Of a stretch of 53,260 nt of DNA, positions 30,466-40,979 are shown in pieces. The notes under the pieces were generated by a model. It was not told the DNA's origin and ran no database searches. It saw only the letters and a program-made list of their open reading frames with translations. The stretch's first letter is position 1, and each line of letters opens with the position of its first letter. Made by a program: the position numbers and the translations under genes. This DNA is from Clostridia bacterium (GTDB lineage Bacteria; Bacillota; Clostridia; Christensenellales; UBA1242): the NCBI GenBank assembly GCA_017523305.1, contig JAFWWV010000071.1, forward strand, positions 1 through 53,260. Direction: 5' to 3'.

Positions 30466-33400
30466 ATGACAAAATTTGCAAAAAGTATAAAAAATAGTTT
30501 TGCCAAGGTGTTTAATATACCTTTTTTGTTTGCTGTTTTGTTTGTTTTAGTGTTTTCTGCATCTTTTGTGTTTACTTTTCAACCAGCAAAGGCAACAACT
30601 GTTGAAAATTCAACAGTTGCTTTAAACCAAAAATATACTGAAGACTATTTAAAATATCTTGCACTTACTGATGAAGAAAAATCAACCTACGCAACAACTC
30701 CACGTATGTATGAAGTTGAGTTTGAAACTCTTTACGCAAGTGATGCTTATAAATCTTTAAGTGGTACAGGTTCACTTCCAACTGAATATGTTTTATATAA
30801 TATAAATTCAATCATCAACAATTTTGATGAAGCAAATAAAAATAATTATGAAAATTTAAATCAAAATATAGGCGACCAACGTAGTACAGATATTTGTTGG
30901 ACTTTTGCTACAAATACTGCGCTTGAAACAACTATTTATAAAAGTGATGTTTATACACCAGGCGAAACATTAAACTTTTCAGAACTTCACTTAGCATATA
31001 CCACACTTGTTTTAAACAGTGGTTTAAGTGAAATTTCTGGTGGTACTTTTGAACTTGCTTATGAATATCTTTCTCGTGAAGAAGGTCCTGTTTTAGAAGC
31101 TACTGGCGAAGGTTATACTTTTGGTAATTCACTTAATTGGGCTAGCAATAGTGCTGCAACCGACAATTATAGAGATAACTTTTATAACAGTGCTGTTAAA
31201 GCAGATTATACTGCACTTGAATCTTTTAGTTATCCTTCAAGGTCACAAGCAGGTACTCAAGAAGAAATATTAGATTTAAGAAATTCAATTAAAAACCACA
31301 TTAAAACTTATGGTGCTGTTACATCTTCTATTTACTGGGACGATGCTTATTACAATAACATTGCTTATTATTATCCAGGTACTAAAACTCAAAACCATAT
31401 GATTACTCTTGTGGGTTGGGACGATAATTATTCTGCACCTTTTATTGATGGTACACATACTGGTGCTTATATTGCTCAAAACTCTTGGGGTACAGGTAGT
31501 TCATACCACGGTGGTTACTTTTATTTGATGTATGATGATTTTAATGCTGAACAAAATGTAAATGGTTTTGTAAGAGTAGGTAAAACAAATACCGATAGCA
31601 TTACTTACAACAATATTGATGGTAATGATGATTTTGTTGATTATATTGTTGATGGTTCATCTTCATACGTTTCATATCAATCAAGACCAATATCTTCTAA
31701 TTATTATGTAGCAAACGTTTATAAAAATGAAAATATTGCAAACCAATATATTTCAAGACTTAAAATGCCTACAACTTTAATTAGTAACGAAACAAATTTT
31801 TATGTTTATTATCTTGATGGTTTAACCGAAAGTAATGTTAGCATTGAAGCAAACTTAACAAACTCTTTAAAAAATAAATTTTCTAGTGCTGTTAAAATTG
31901 AAAATAAACACGCAACTGGTGCTGATAAATATTTATTTACTTCAAACCAAACAGGTTATTATACAATTGATGTAAAAGAACAACTTAATGTTACAGGCGA
32001 TTATTTTGCTATTTATATGCAAATTACAAGTGGGGAGTTATTGTTTGATGATAACGCATCAACTATTTCTCAACCATATAAATTTACATATAAATCAACA
32101 GGTTCTGACTGGACTCCATATTACATTTTATCTCCAGTAGAAAACAATCCTGGATATTATTTTGAAGATACTTCCAAAAGATGTGTTTTACCTATGGAAG
32201 TTCAAACAAAATATGTTTTAGGCGAAATTAATTATTCTTCTAGCAGTTTTAATGGTACTTACGACGGTGGCGAACACAGAATTAATGTTAATGTTACCGA
32301 ACCAAGTTCTTACCAAATAAGTTACAGTTTAACAGGGTTGGAAAACTCTTGGCAATCTACAAACTTTAGTTTTAAAGACCAAGGAAACAGAACAGTTTAT
32401 TTTAAAATTGAATCACCTTTCTATGAAACCGTAATTGATAGCGAAGTTGTTAATATTGCTAAAAAAGAAATTGTAATTACTCCATACGCAAACCAATCAA
32501 AATTGTATGGTAGTGCAGAACCTATTATTTCTTACCAAAGTTCTGGGTATTATGAAACACCTGAGTTTGTAGGTAGACTTTCAAGGGTAACTGGCGAAAA
32601 TGTTGGTACTTATAAAATTATTATGGGTTCTTTGGCTATTCAGTCAAAAGGCGACTTTAACGCAGATAACTATTACTTAGTTTTTAGTGGTACAGTTGTT
32701 AACTTTACAATTCATAAGCGTCCACTTTTAATTGTTCCTGATGCTGTAGAAATTACTTATGGCGAAACATCTCCAGCAACTTTAACTTACCAATATATGA
32801 ACCAAGCTACTGGTGAAACACCATTATTTAGTGGTTCTTTAGTAAGAGAAAATGGCGAAGATGCTGGTAGTTATGATATTAACTTAAACGATTTAACTAT
32901 GCTTAATAACGACGCTACTGGCTTTAGAGTAGATAATTATGAGTTGCAAATTACAAATAATACAAATGCTTTTACAATTTTAAAACGTGATTTACTTGTT
33001 ACACCTGATGATGACCAAGAAAAAGATTATTTGGCTCCAGACCCAGTTTTAACTTATACATATTCAAACAATCTTCCTGGTCAAACTCCTTTATTTACAG
33101 GTACTCTTTCTAGAGAAAGTGGTGAAGACTCTGGTATTTATAAAATTACAGTAGGTTCTTTAGCACTTGCAAATAACGGTAGTTTTAAAGCAAGCAACTA
33201 TATTTTAACATTTAATACAAACCCTGTTTACTTCTTAATTACTCTTGGTCAACTTACTGGTTGCGAAGTAGAAGATGTTGTAACAGGTTATACAGGTACA
33301 AATCATTATTTAAATCCTGTTTGCACAGATTTCCAAGGCGTTTATTTTAAATACAGTTTAGATAACACAAATTGGCAAGATGATCCAATAGGTTTTAAAG

Positions 33401-35517
33401 ATGTAGGCGTATACACCGTTTATGTAAAATTTTTACAAAACAATTATTCTGCAGATTATGGCCAAGCAAAAATTACAATTAATAAAGTTAATTTAATTGT
33501 TATGCCAAACGCAAACCAAAGCAAAATTTATGGCGAAACAGAACCAAACATTGAATTTAATGTAAGTGGTTATGTTTCAAACGAAACTCCTGCTTTTACA
33601 GGAAGTCTTGGCAGAGTAGTTGGTAAAGATGTTGGCGAGTATTTAATTAATCAAGGTTCATTAGCCCTAACAGATAATAACAACTTTAAAACAACTAACT
33701 ATAACTTAGTTTTTAACAATTCAAATCAAGTTAAATTTGCAATTACTCCAAGAAACCTTATTATTACTCCAGACCAAAATCAAGGTAAAACTTATGGTAA
33801 AAGCGATAACGCTTATACATATTCTTATTCAAACCATATAGAAGGCGAACAACCTATGTTTACTGGTAGTTTAGTTAGAGCTGCTGGTGAAAATGTAGGA
33901 AATTATGTTTTCAGCAAAGGTACTGTAGAAACAATCGATAACGGTATTTTTGAAAAAGCAAATTACATATTGTTGTTTGATGTAAGTCCTGTTTATTATC
34001 AAATTACAAAAGCAGATATTATAATTTCTATTATTGATGTTAATGCTAATTATAACGGCGAAACTTATGTTTCAGAATTCCAAAGCGTTGTAACTGGCGA
34101 TTATGTTGAAGGCGACGAATTAAATATTAATTATTATTGTTCAGTTGATAAGAAAACTAAAAAAGGTCAATATGAAATTACTGCAACAGCAAGTAATGAT
34201 AATTATAATATTCAAATAATTGACGGCGTTTATACAGTTACTTATTTAAAATATGATATTCAATTTTCTGTTTTAGGCGAAATTGTTTATACAACAAAAG
34301 TTGAACACTTTTCAATGGTTTCAGCTCAAGAAATTCCTGTTGTTGAAGAAGATGGTTATACATTTAAATATTGGGCTTTAGCAACTGCAACACCTGGTGT
34401 TTATTTACCAGTAACTCCAAGTCAATATCAAATTGAAAAACCACTTACATTTATTGCTGTTATGGATTTAAATTTGTATTCAATAGAATATAATTTAAAC
34501 GAAGGAAAGTGGAAAACTGATGAAGTTGAACAAACATTAAAAAGAACTTACACTTATATTGATAGTACTTTTGAACTTGACGACCCTATAAGAGATGGTT
34601 ATACATTTATGGGTTGGTTTAGTAATAACGAGTTTACTGGCGAAAAAATTGAACAAATTGAAACAGGAAGCACAGGTAATGTAACAGTTTTTGCTAAGTG
34701 GAAAATAAATACATACTACGCAACTTTACCTGAAACAAACACTGATTCATACTTGTTAATTTATTCAGGCGAACTTGGTATTGAATATTTAGGTTCATTT
34801 AGTTTTAGTATTTCTTTAACAAAAGCTTATAGTCAATCAACTTCAACTTTAAAAGTTTATGTTAAATGGCAAACTTCTCAACAAATTGAAGAAATTGCTA
34901 TAGACGAACAAAAAAATTATGTTGTTAAAAATATTTTTGATAACTTCGAAATTATTTTAGATGGTATTAATATTAACGTTTATACTGTTACTTTTGTAGT
35001 AGATGGTGACGTATTTACAACTATTCAAAAACAATATGGTCAAAGTTTAAGCGAAACTGACTATCCAATTATTCCAATGGAAGGTAAAGAAAATTTTAAT
35101 AACACTCCACCATACTGGGATAAAAAACCACTTGAAAATATTGTTAGCAACGAAGTTGTTACAGATGTTTTTGTACCAAATATTTATACAATTACTTTTG
35201 TTATGCAAGATGGTAAAGAAATTGTAACTTCTGTAACATACGGCGAAAAGGTTAGTGAAGCAGTTTTAAAAGAAAAATATAACTTAGGTCTTTTTGAATA
35301 TTTTGTTTATGATTCTTCACTTGATAACATTTCTTCACACAAAACAATTAATGTTAAAATAGAAAGTAACATTTATATTTTATATATTGTTTTAGGTGTG
35401 TTAGGTGGTTTAATATTCTTACTTATTGTTGCTAGAATTGCTAAACGTAAAAAGAGAAATAAATTTAGTTGGTGGTTCTACGCTGGTAAAGAAGATATTG
35501 AAAAAAGAAAGAAATAG
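30466..35517 (+). CDS. giant surface protein: signal peptide, papain-like (C1) cysteine peptidase, MBG-type repeats, Listeria-Bacteroides repeats, C-terminal TM anchor
   Basis: Signal-like N-terminus ending PAKA. Papain triad context: DICWTFA (Cys144), NHMITLVGWDDN (His311), AQNSWGT..GGYFY. At least five repeats of YG..P..Y......P.F.G.L.R..GE.VG.Y.I..GSL......NY.L.F. GYTF.GW...F.AKW repeats. Ends with IYILYIVLGVLGGLIFLLIVARIAKRKKR. Confidence 0.8.
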   Translation: MTKFAKSIKNSFAKVFNIPFLFAVLFVLVFSASFVFTFQPAKATTVENSTVALNQKYTEDYLKYLALTDEEKSTYATTPRMYEVEFETLYASDAYKSLSGTGSLPTEYVLYNINSIINNFDEANKNNYENLNQNIGDQRSTDICWTFATNTALETTIYKSDVYTPGETLNFSELHLAYTTLVLNSGLSEISGGTFELAYEYLSREEGPVLEATGEGYTFGNSLNWASNSAATDNYRDNFYNSAVKADYTALESFSYPSRSQAGTQEEILDLRNSIKNHIKTYGAVTSSIYWDDAYYNNIAYYYPGTKTQNHMITLVGWDDNYSAPFIDGTHTGAYIAQNSWGTGSSYHGGYFYLMYDDFNAEQNVNGFVRVGKTNTDSITYNNIDGNDDFVDYIVDGSSSYVSYQSRPISSNYYVANVYKNENIANQYISRLKMPTTLISNETNFYVYYLDGLTESNVSIEANLTNSLKNKFSSAVKIENKHATGADKYLFTSNQTGYYTIDVKEQLNVTGDYFAIYMQITSGELLFDDNASTISQPYKFTYKSTGSDWTPYYILSPVENNPGYYFEDTSKRCVLPMEVQTKYVLGEINYSSSSFNGTYDGGEHRINVNVTEPSSYQISYSLTGLENSWQSTNFSFKDQGNRTVYFKIESPFYETVIDSEVVNIAKKEIVITPYANQSKLYGSAEPIISYQSSGYYETPEFVGRLSRVTGENVGTYKIIMGSLAIQSKGDFNADNYYLVFSGTVVNFTIHKRPLLIVPDAVEITYGETSPATLTYQYMNQATGETPLFSGSLVRENGEDAGSYDINLNDLTMLNNDATGFRVDNYELQITNNTNAFTILKRDLLVTPDDDQEKDYLAPDPVLTYTYSNNLPGQTPLFTGTLSRESGEDSGIYKITVGSLALANNGSFKASNYILTFNTNPVYFLITLGQLTGCEVEDVVTGYTGTNHYLNPVCTDFQGVYFKYSLDNTNWQDDPIGFKDVGVYTVYVKFLQNNYSADYGQAKITINKVNLIVMPNANQSKIYGETEPNIEFNVSGYVSNETPAFTGSLGRVVGKDVGEYLINQGSLALTDNNNFKTTNYNLVFNNSNQVKFAITPRNLIITPDQNQGKTYGKSDNAYTYSYSNHIEGEQPMFTGSLVRAAGENVGNYVFSKGTVETIDNGIFEKANYILLFDVSPVYYQITKADIIISIIDVNANYNGETYVSEFQSVVTGDYVEGDELNINYYCSVDKKTKKGQYEITATASNDNYNIQIIDGVYTVTYLKYDIQFSVLGEIVYTTKVEHFSMVSAQEIPVVEEDGYTFKYWALATATPGVYLPVTPSQYQIEKPLTFIAVMDLNLYSIEYNLNEGKWKTDEVEQTLKRTYTYIDSTFELDDPIRDGYTFMGWFSNNEFTGEKIEQIETGSTGNVTVFAKWKINTYYATLPETNTDSYLLIYSGELGIEYLGSFSFSISLTKAYSQSTSTLKVYVKWQTSQQIEEIAIDEQKNYVVKNIFDNFEIILDGININVYTVTFVVDGDVFTTIQKQYGQSLSETDYPIIPMEGKENFNNTPPYWDKKPLENIVSNEVVTDVFVPNIYTITFVMQDGKEIVTSVTYGEKVSEAVLKEKYNLGLFEYFVYDSSLDNISSHKTINVKIESNIYILYIVLGVLGGLIFLLIVARIAKRKKRNKFSWWFYAGKEDIEKRKK
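32461..34245 (+). repeat. tandem MBG-type domain repeats within the giant ORF (diverged at the DNA level)
   Basis: Protein-level periodicity of about 85-90 aa, with the conserved YG/GE.VG.Y/NY pattern repeated at least five times. Confidence 0.7.
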
Positions 35518-35538
35518 TATTTTATTTTTGATGTTTTT

Positions 35539-35572
35539 AAGAGTTAAGATTTTTATATCTTAACTCTTTTTT
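35539..35572 (+). terminator. rho-independent terminator
   Basis: Perfect 12-bp stem AAGAGTTAAGAT/ATCTTAACTCTT plus a T-run. Confidence 0.7.
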
Positions 35573-35703
35573 ATTTTGTCTTGTTATATGTGAAAAACAA
35601 AAATAGTAAAAAAGTTGACAAAAAAATTTTATATAATTAAACTTTTTAGTAGAGAATTGCTTTTAACAAGTGGTTTTTTATAAAAATAAAAAGGGGTGAA
35701 ATT

Positions 35704-36201
35704 ATGAAAAAATTATCGAAAATTTTAGGGCTTATTACTTGCACTTTTGTTTTAGCACTTTCTTGTGTATTGCTTACTGCTTGTGGTGGTAATGACCCAA
35801 GTCCATATTCTGTTGCAGGTGTAACATTAAAAGGTACAGATAATTGTTTTATTGTATGGGATAGTGATGCAACACAACAAGATAAACAAGATTTGTGGGA
35901 CGCTTTTGAAGTAACAAACGAAAGCGAATTTTTACAAAAATATTCACAAGAATCGGGTTCATTTTATAAAGCATTTAATTTTACTTTTAAAAATGATGGA
36001 ACAGTTGTTTTAGCAAAAACTGGGCAAGAACAACAAACTCTTTATTATTCACAAACTAACGATTTAAAAACTATTAGAATTTATAAAGATGAAGGTCACA
36101 CAAACGGGTATTGTATTTTAAGTTATAATAATGGCGAATATTGTGTGGCTGAAGTTACTGATTATAATTCTACAATTTATTTTAAATTTCAAAAAGTTTA
36201 A
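35704..36201 (+). CDS. lipoprotein, function unknown
   Basis: Signal peptide with lipobox LLTAC|GG. 165 aa. Confidence 0.7.
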   Translation: MKKLSKILGLITCTFVLALSCVLLTACGGNDPSPYSVAGVTLKGTDNCFIVWDSDATQQDKQDLWDAFEVTNESEFLQKYSQESGSFYKAFNFTFKNDGTVVLAKTGQEQQTLYYSQTNDLKTIRIYKDEGHTNGYCILSYNNGEYCVAEVTDYNSTIYFKFQKV

Positions 36202-36214
36202 GTTTTAATTTAAT

Positions 36215-36252
36215 AAAAAAACAAACCAAATTTTCTTGGTTTGTTTTTTTTT
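36215..36252. terminator. bidirectional terminator between the lipoprotein gene and PFOR
   Basis: AACAAACCAA-attttc-TTGGTTTGTT flanked by A- and T-runs. Confidence 0.7.
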
Positions 36253-36302
36253 GTTTTATTTAAAATTTAAATTTTATTTGTTTTAATTTTAGTATTTAGA
36301 AA

Positions 36303-39300
36303 TTAATCAAACTTTTTTTGTGAAAGTTCAAGATATTTTTGATATCTTTCTTCAGCATACTTTTTGCTTTCTTGATATAAACTTTCAGCAAATTGTGGAG
36401 CTATTTTTTGAAGTGCTGCATATCTGCTTTCGCCTTTTAAGAATTCTTCATAATCTTTTGTAGGTTTAGCACTATCTAACATAAATGGATTTTTGCCTTC
36501 TTCAATAAGTCTTGGGTCATATCTATATAAATGCCAGTAGCCACATTCAACTGCTTTTTTAATTTCTTCTTGAGCACCATTCATATTAATACCGTGGTTA
36601 ATACATGGGGCATAAGCAATAATTAAACTTGGTCCGTCATAACTTTCAGCTTCGCTTAATGCTTTAACTGCTTGAGCCATATTTGCACCTAAACCAATTT
36701 GTGCTACGTAACAGTTTTTGTAACTCATAGCAATCATACCAAGGTCTTTTTTAGGAGTTCTCTTTCCAGCAGCTGCAAATTTTGCTGTAGCTGATAGTGG
36801 GGTAGATTTTGACATTTGTCCACCAGTGTTTGAGTAAACTTCAGTATCAAGTACTAAAATATTTACATTTTCGCCACTAGCAACAACTTGGTCTAAACCA
36901 CTAAAGCCAATATCATAAGCCCAGCCGTCGCCACCAATAATCCAAACAGATTCTTTTGTTAAATCACTTTCTTTACCTTCTAAACTTGTTCCTTTAAGTA
37001 GTGGAGCAATTTGTTTTGAAAGTTCGTATGTAACTTCGCCGTCTTCAAAATTTTCAAGCCATTTATTTAATAAATCTGTAAGTTCGCCAGTTTGGTTTTC
37101 GCTTACATATTTTTCTACATCAACTTTAAGTTGGTTTCTAGCTGCTTTTTTAGCTAGTTTTATGCCAAGACCAAATTCTGCGTTATCTTCAAATAAACTG
37201 CTTGCCCAAGCTGGACCCCTGCCATCTTTGTTTTTAGCATATGGTGAAGTTGGTGCACTGCCTGCATAAATACTGCTGCAACCTGTTGCGTTTGCTATAA
37301 CCATACGTTTACCAAACAATTGTGTTGCAAGTTTAATATATGGTGTTTCACCACAACCAGCACAAGCACCACTAAATTCAAAGTAAGGTTTATTAAATTG
37401 GCTACCTTTTAGTGTGTTTGGTTTAAATATTGTTGTTGGGTTTTCAATATCTTTTGAGTAATTGTAATTTTCTTTTTCTGCTTTTGCATTTTCAACTGAA
37501 GATTTCATTTGTAATGCTTTTTGTTTAGCAGGGCATACTTTTACACAGTTTTCACAACCTGTACAGTCTGCTACATTTATTTGCATTCTAAAGTTATGGT
37601 TTGGTACGCCAATAGCTTTAACTGTTTTAAATGATTCTGGAGCATTTTTAAGTTCTTCATCACTAACTAAAACTGGTCTAATTGCTGCGTGTGGGCAAAC
37701 TGCTGCACACATATTACATTGAATACAATTTTCACTTAACCAGCATGGACTTTCAACTGAAATACCACGTTTTTCAAATTTTGCTGTATCTGTTGGTACA
37801 ACGCCACTTGCGTTAAAACTTGAAACAGGTAAGTTGTCGCCGTGTTTGTGTTCAATAACTTTAATAAAGTTTTTAGCATAATCGCTTTCGTATTCAGGAG
37901 CAACTGTTTCGCAACCTATAACGTTTGTTAAATCAACTTCAACTAAATGTTCTGTTGCCATTTTAATTGCTTTTACGTTAGCATCAACAATTTTTTGACC
38001 TTTTTTAGCATATGTTTTTGAAGCTGCATCAATAAGTAAATTTTCAACTGTGTTGTAGTCAATAATGTTTGTTAATTTAAAGAAGCATGCTTGCATAACA
38101 ACGTTAATTCTTTTGCCAAGGCCAGCTTCAACAGAAACTTTGTTGCCATCAACTATATAAAGTTTTGCATTTTTTTCTTTAATAGTTTTAAAGAAAGTTG
38201 CAGGTAAAATGTTTTTAATTTCTTTTTCATCATATGGGCTATTTAGTAAGAAAACACCATTTTCTTTTAAATCATTTTCCATATCATATTTACCAACAAA
38301 ACTAATGTTATGGCAAGCAACAAAATCTGCTTTTGTAATAAGGTATGGGGCATTAGTGTGTTCTTTACCAAATCTTAAGTGAGAAATAGTTACACTACCA
38401 GATTTTTTAGAATCATATTCAAAATAACCTTGAGCGTTAAGTTCAGTGTTGCTACCAATAATTTTAATTGAGTTTTTATTAGCGCTAACTGTTCCGTCAC
38501 TGCCTAAACCAAAGAATTTGCATGAATAGTTTTTATCTTCAATATCAAAAGAGTTATCTACTGCTAGGGAAGTAAATGTTACATCATCATTAATACCAAC
38601 TGTAAAGTTGTTTTTCATTTCAGTTTCTAAGTTATCAAAAACTGCTTTAACCATATTTGGTGTAAATTCTTTTCCACCAAGGCCGTATCTACCACCAACA
38701 ACTTTAATGTCTGTTCTAGCGTTTTCAAGTAGAGAAGTTACAACATCTTTGTATAATGGTTCGCCACCAGCACCACTTTCTTTTGTTCTGTCTAAAACAG
38801 CAATTCTTTTAACTGTTTTTGGTAATGCTTCTGTGAAAATTTTTGAAGCAAATGGTCTGAAAAGTCTTACGTTTAATACACCATATTTTTTACCATATTT
38901 GCTGTTTAAATATTTAACTGTTTCAAGTGCTGTTTGTGTTCCACTACCCATAAGAACTACAACGTCAGTTGCGTTTTCGTCGCCGTAATAATCAAATAGG
39001 TTGTATTTTCTGCCTGTAATGCTTTCAACATCTTTAAGTGCGTTTTGAACGCATGTTACAGCGTCAGCATAATATTTGTTGCAACCTTCACGGTTTTGAA
39101 AGTATATATCTGGGTTTTGTGCTGTACCTTGTTGGTGTGGGTGATAACTTGATAATGCACGGGCTTTAAAAGCAGCAATTTCTTTTGTTGGTAGAACTTT
39201 TAAAAGGTCTTCATTTGAAATTGCGTCAATTTTTTGAATTTCGTGTGAAGTTCTAAATCCGTCAAAGAAGTGCATAAATGGTACAGAACTTTTAAGTGTT

Positions 39301-39767
39301 GCAATATGAGCTACTGTTGCCATATCCATTGCTTCTTGAACTGTGTTTGAGCAAAGCATTGCAAAACCTGTGCTTCTGCAAGCCATAACGTCAGCATGGT
39401 CACCAAAAATTGATAAAGCATGGGTTGAAAGTGCTCTTGCGCTAACATGGAAAACGCATGGTAAAAGTTCGCCAGCAATTTTGTACATGTTAGGAATCAT
39501 AAGAAGTAAACCTTGGCTTGCTGTAAATGTTGTGGTTAAAGCTCCAGCTGTTAAACTGCCGTGAACTGCGCCTGCAACACCAGCTTCTGATTGAAGTTGT
39601 GTTACTTTTACAGTGCTACCAAATAAGTTTTTAACACCTTTAGCTTGCCATTCGTCAGCATTTTCAGCCATTGGTGTTGAAGGTGTAATTGGGTAGATAG
39701 ATGCTATTTCGGAAAAAGCATATGCTATCTGTGCTGTGGCTGTATTGCCATCAACTGTAATTTTCAT
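36303..39767 (-). CDS. nifJ: pyruvate:ferredoxin (flavodoxin) oxidoreductase
   Basis: 1154-aa single-chain PFOR. N-terminal IASIYPITPSTPMAE, two 4Fe-4S motifs (CIQCNMCAAVCPHAAIRP, CTGCENCVKVCP), and TPP-binding GGDGWAYDIG. Confidence 0.95.
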   Translation of the reverse strand: MKITVDGNTATAQIAYAFSEIASIYPITPSTPMAENADEWQAKGVKNLFGSTVKVTQLQSEAGVAGAVHGSLTAGALTTTFTASQGLLLMIPNMYKIAGELLPCVFHVSARALSTHALSIFGDHADVMACRSTGFAMLCSNTVQEAMDMATVAHIATLKSSVPFMHFFDGFRTSHEIQKIDAISNEDLLKVLPTKEIAAFKARALSSYHPHQQGTAQNPDIYFQNREGCNKYYADAVTCVQNALKDVESITGRKYNLFDYYGDENATDVVVLMGSGTQTALETVKYLNSKYGKKYGVLNVRLFRPFASKIFTEALPKTVKRIAVLDRTKESGAGGEPLYKDVVTSLLENARTDIKVVGGRYGLGGKEFTPNMVKAVFDNLETEMKNNFTVGINDDVTFTSLAVDNSFDIEDKNYSCKFFGLGSDGTVSANKNSIKIIGSNTELNAQGYFEYDSKKSGSVTISHLRFGKEHTNAPYLITKADFVACHNISFVGKYDMENDLKENGVFLLNSPYDEKEIKNILPATFFKTIKEKNAKLYIVDGNKVSVEAGLGKRINVVMQACFFKLTNIIDYNTVENLLIDAASKTYAKKGQKIVDANVKAIKMATEHLVEVDLTNVIGCETVAPEYESDYAKNFIKVIEHKHGDNLPVSSFNASGVVPTDTAKFEKRGISVESPCWLSENCIQCNMCAAVCPHAAIRPVLVSDEELKNAPESFKTVKAIGVPNHNFRMQINVADCTGCENCVKVCPAKQKALQMKSSVENAKAEKENYNYSKDIENPTTIFKPNTLKGSQFNKPYFEFSGACAGCGETPYIKLATQLFGKRMVIANATGCSSIYAGSAPTSPYAKNKDGRGPAWASSLFEDNAEFGLGIKLAKKAARNQLKVDVEKYVSENQTGELTDLLNKWLENFEDGEVTYELSKQIAPLLKGTSLEGKESDLTKESVWIIGGDGWAYDIGFSGLDQVVASGENVNILVLDTEVYSNTGGQMSKSTPLSATAKFAAAGKRTPKKDLGMIAMSYKNCYVAQIGLGANMAQAVKALSEAESYDGPSLIIAYAPCINHGINMNGAQEEIKKAVECGYWHLYRYDPRLIEEGKNPFMLDSAKPTKDYEEFLKGESRYAALQKIAPQFAESLYQESKKYAEERYQKYLELSQKKFD

Positions 39768-39938
39768 AATTTACTATTTCTCCTAATAAATAAATTCGCA
39801 CATTTAGTATACAAAAAAAAACCTAAAAAATCAATGGTAAACGCCTTATTTTATGTAAAAATTTTTACCTATTTTTTATATTAAAACTTTAAAAAAATAG
39901 TTAGTGCTTTTTAATTTAAAATATGTTACTATATTTGT

Positions 39939-40673
39939 ATGAAAAATATTTGTTTAATTTTAGAGTATTTGGGTACAAATTATTGTGGCTTTCAAAGGCA
40001 AAAAAATGGTTTAACTATTCAAGAAGTTTTAGAAAATACTATTGAAGAGTGCTTGGGTGAAAAATGTAAAACTTATCCTAGTGGAAGAACAGACGCTGGC
40101 GTTCACGCTTTAGGACAAGTGGTAAACTTTTTTACTTCAACTACTGTGCAACCAGAAAAAATTTCAGTTGTTTTAAACTTAAAACTTCCAAAAGATATAA
40201 GAGTAGTTAAAAGTTTTGAAGTTGATAGTAATTTTAATAGTAGAAAAAGTGCAAAATCTAAAACATATATATATAAGATATTTACTGGCCACGAATTAAG
40301 CGTTTTTGACCACGGAAGAGTCCTATTTTGCTATTATAAACTAGACCTTGATAAAATGCTTAAAGCCTGCAAATTAATTGAAGGAGAACACGATTTTTCG
40401 TCTTTTGTAGCAAGCAACGCAACAACAAAAACCACAGTTAGAACCATTTATAAAGCAACGCTTGAAAAAACTGGTGACTGGCTAACTTTTAGTGTAACTG
40501 GTAACGGATTTTTGTATAATATGGTTCGCATTTTAGTGGGAAGTCTAATTGAAATAGGTAGGGGAAAACTATCTTTAGAAGAGTTTGAAAAAGTTTTACT
40601 TGGAAACGCCCGACATAAAGCTGGTAAAACAGTAAGCCCAGACGGGTTGTACCTAAAAGAAGTAGAGTACTAA
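39939..40673 (+). CDS. truA: tRNA pseudouridine(38-40) synthase
   Basis: GRTDAGVHALGQV catalytic Asp motif and FLYNMVR. Confidence 0.9.
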   Translation: MKNICLILEYLGTNYCGFQRQKNGLTIQEVLENTIEECLGEKCKTYPSGRTDAGVHALGQVVNFFTSTTVQPEKISVVLNLKLPKDIRVVKSFEVDSNFNSRKSAKSKTYIYKIFTGHELSVFDHGRVLFCYYKLDLDKMLKACKLIEGEHDFSSFVASNATTKTTVRTIYKATLEKTGDWLTFSVTGNGFLYNMVRILVGSLIEIGRGKLSLEEFEKVLLGNARHKAGKTVSPDGLYLKEVEY

Positions 40674-40734
40674 GTATAAAAAAAACACTTTTTACAACTA
40701 TAAAATTGTAAAAGAAACCAATAAAAAACATAAA

Positions 40735-40788
40735 AACACACGGGGAAGTGGAAAAACTTTAAAAAAGCCACTTTTAGTGTGTTTTTTT
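40735..40788 (+). terminator. terminator after truA
   Basis: Two-part stem (AACACAC/GTGTGTT and AAGTGG/CCACTT) followed by T7. Confidence 0.5.
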
Positions 40789-40811
40789 AGTATAAAAACT
40801 CAAAAAAGCAC

Positions 40812-40840
40812 TTGACAAATTGCACTAAACCTACTATTAT
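40812..40840 (+). promoter_or_regulatory. sigma-A type promoter of rplM-rpsI
   Basis: TTGACA, 17 nt spacer, TATTAT. Confidence 0.55.
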
Positions 40841-40979
40841 ATTTACTAGCAAAAATTATGTTTGTCGATTAGCCCCGATAAATAATATGATGCAAACACA
40901 CTTTTTTAGCTGTAAAAACTAAATTGCAGCAGTAAAATTATTATTTATTTAGTAAAAGTTTGAAGGAGAAAGATATAAT

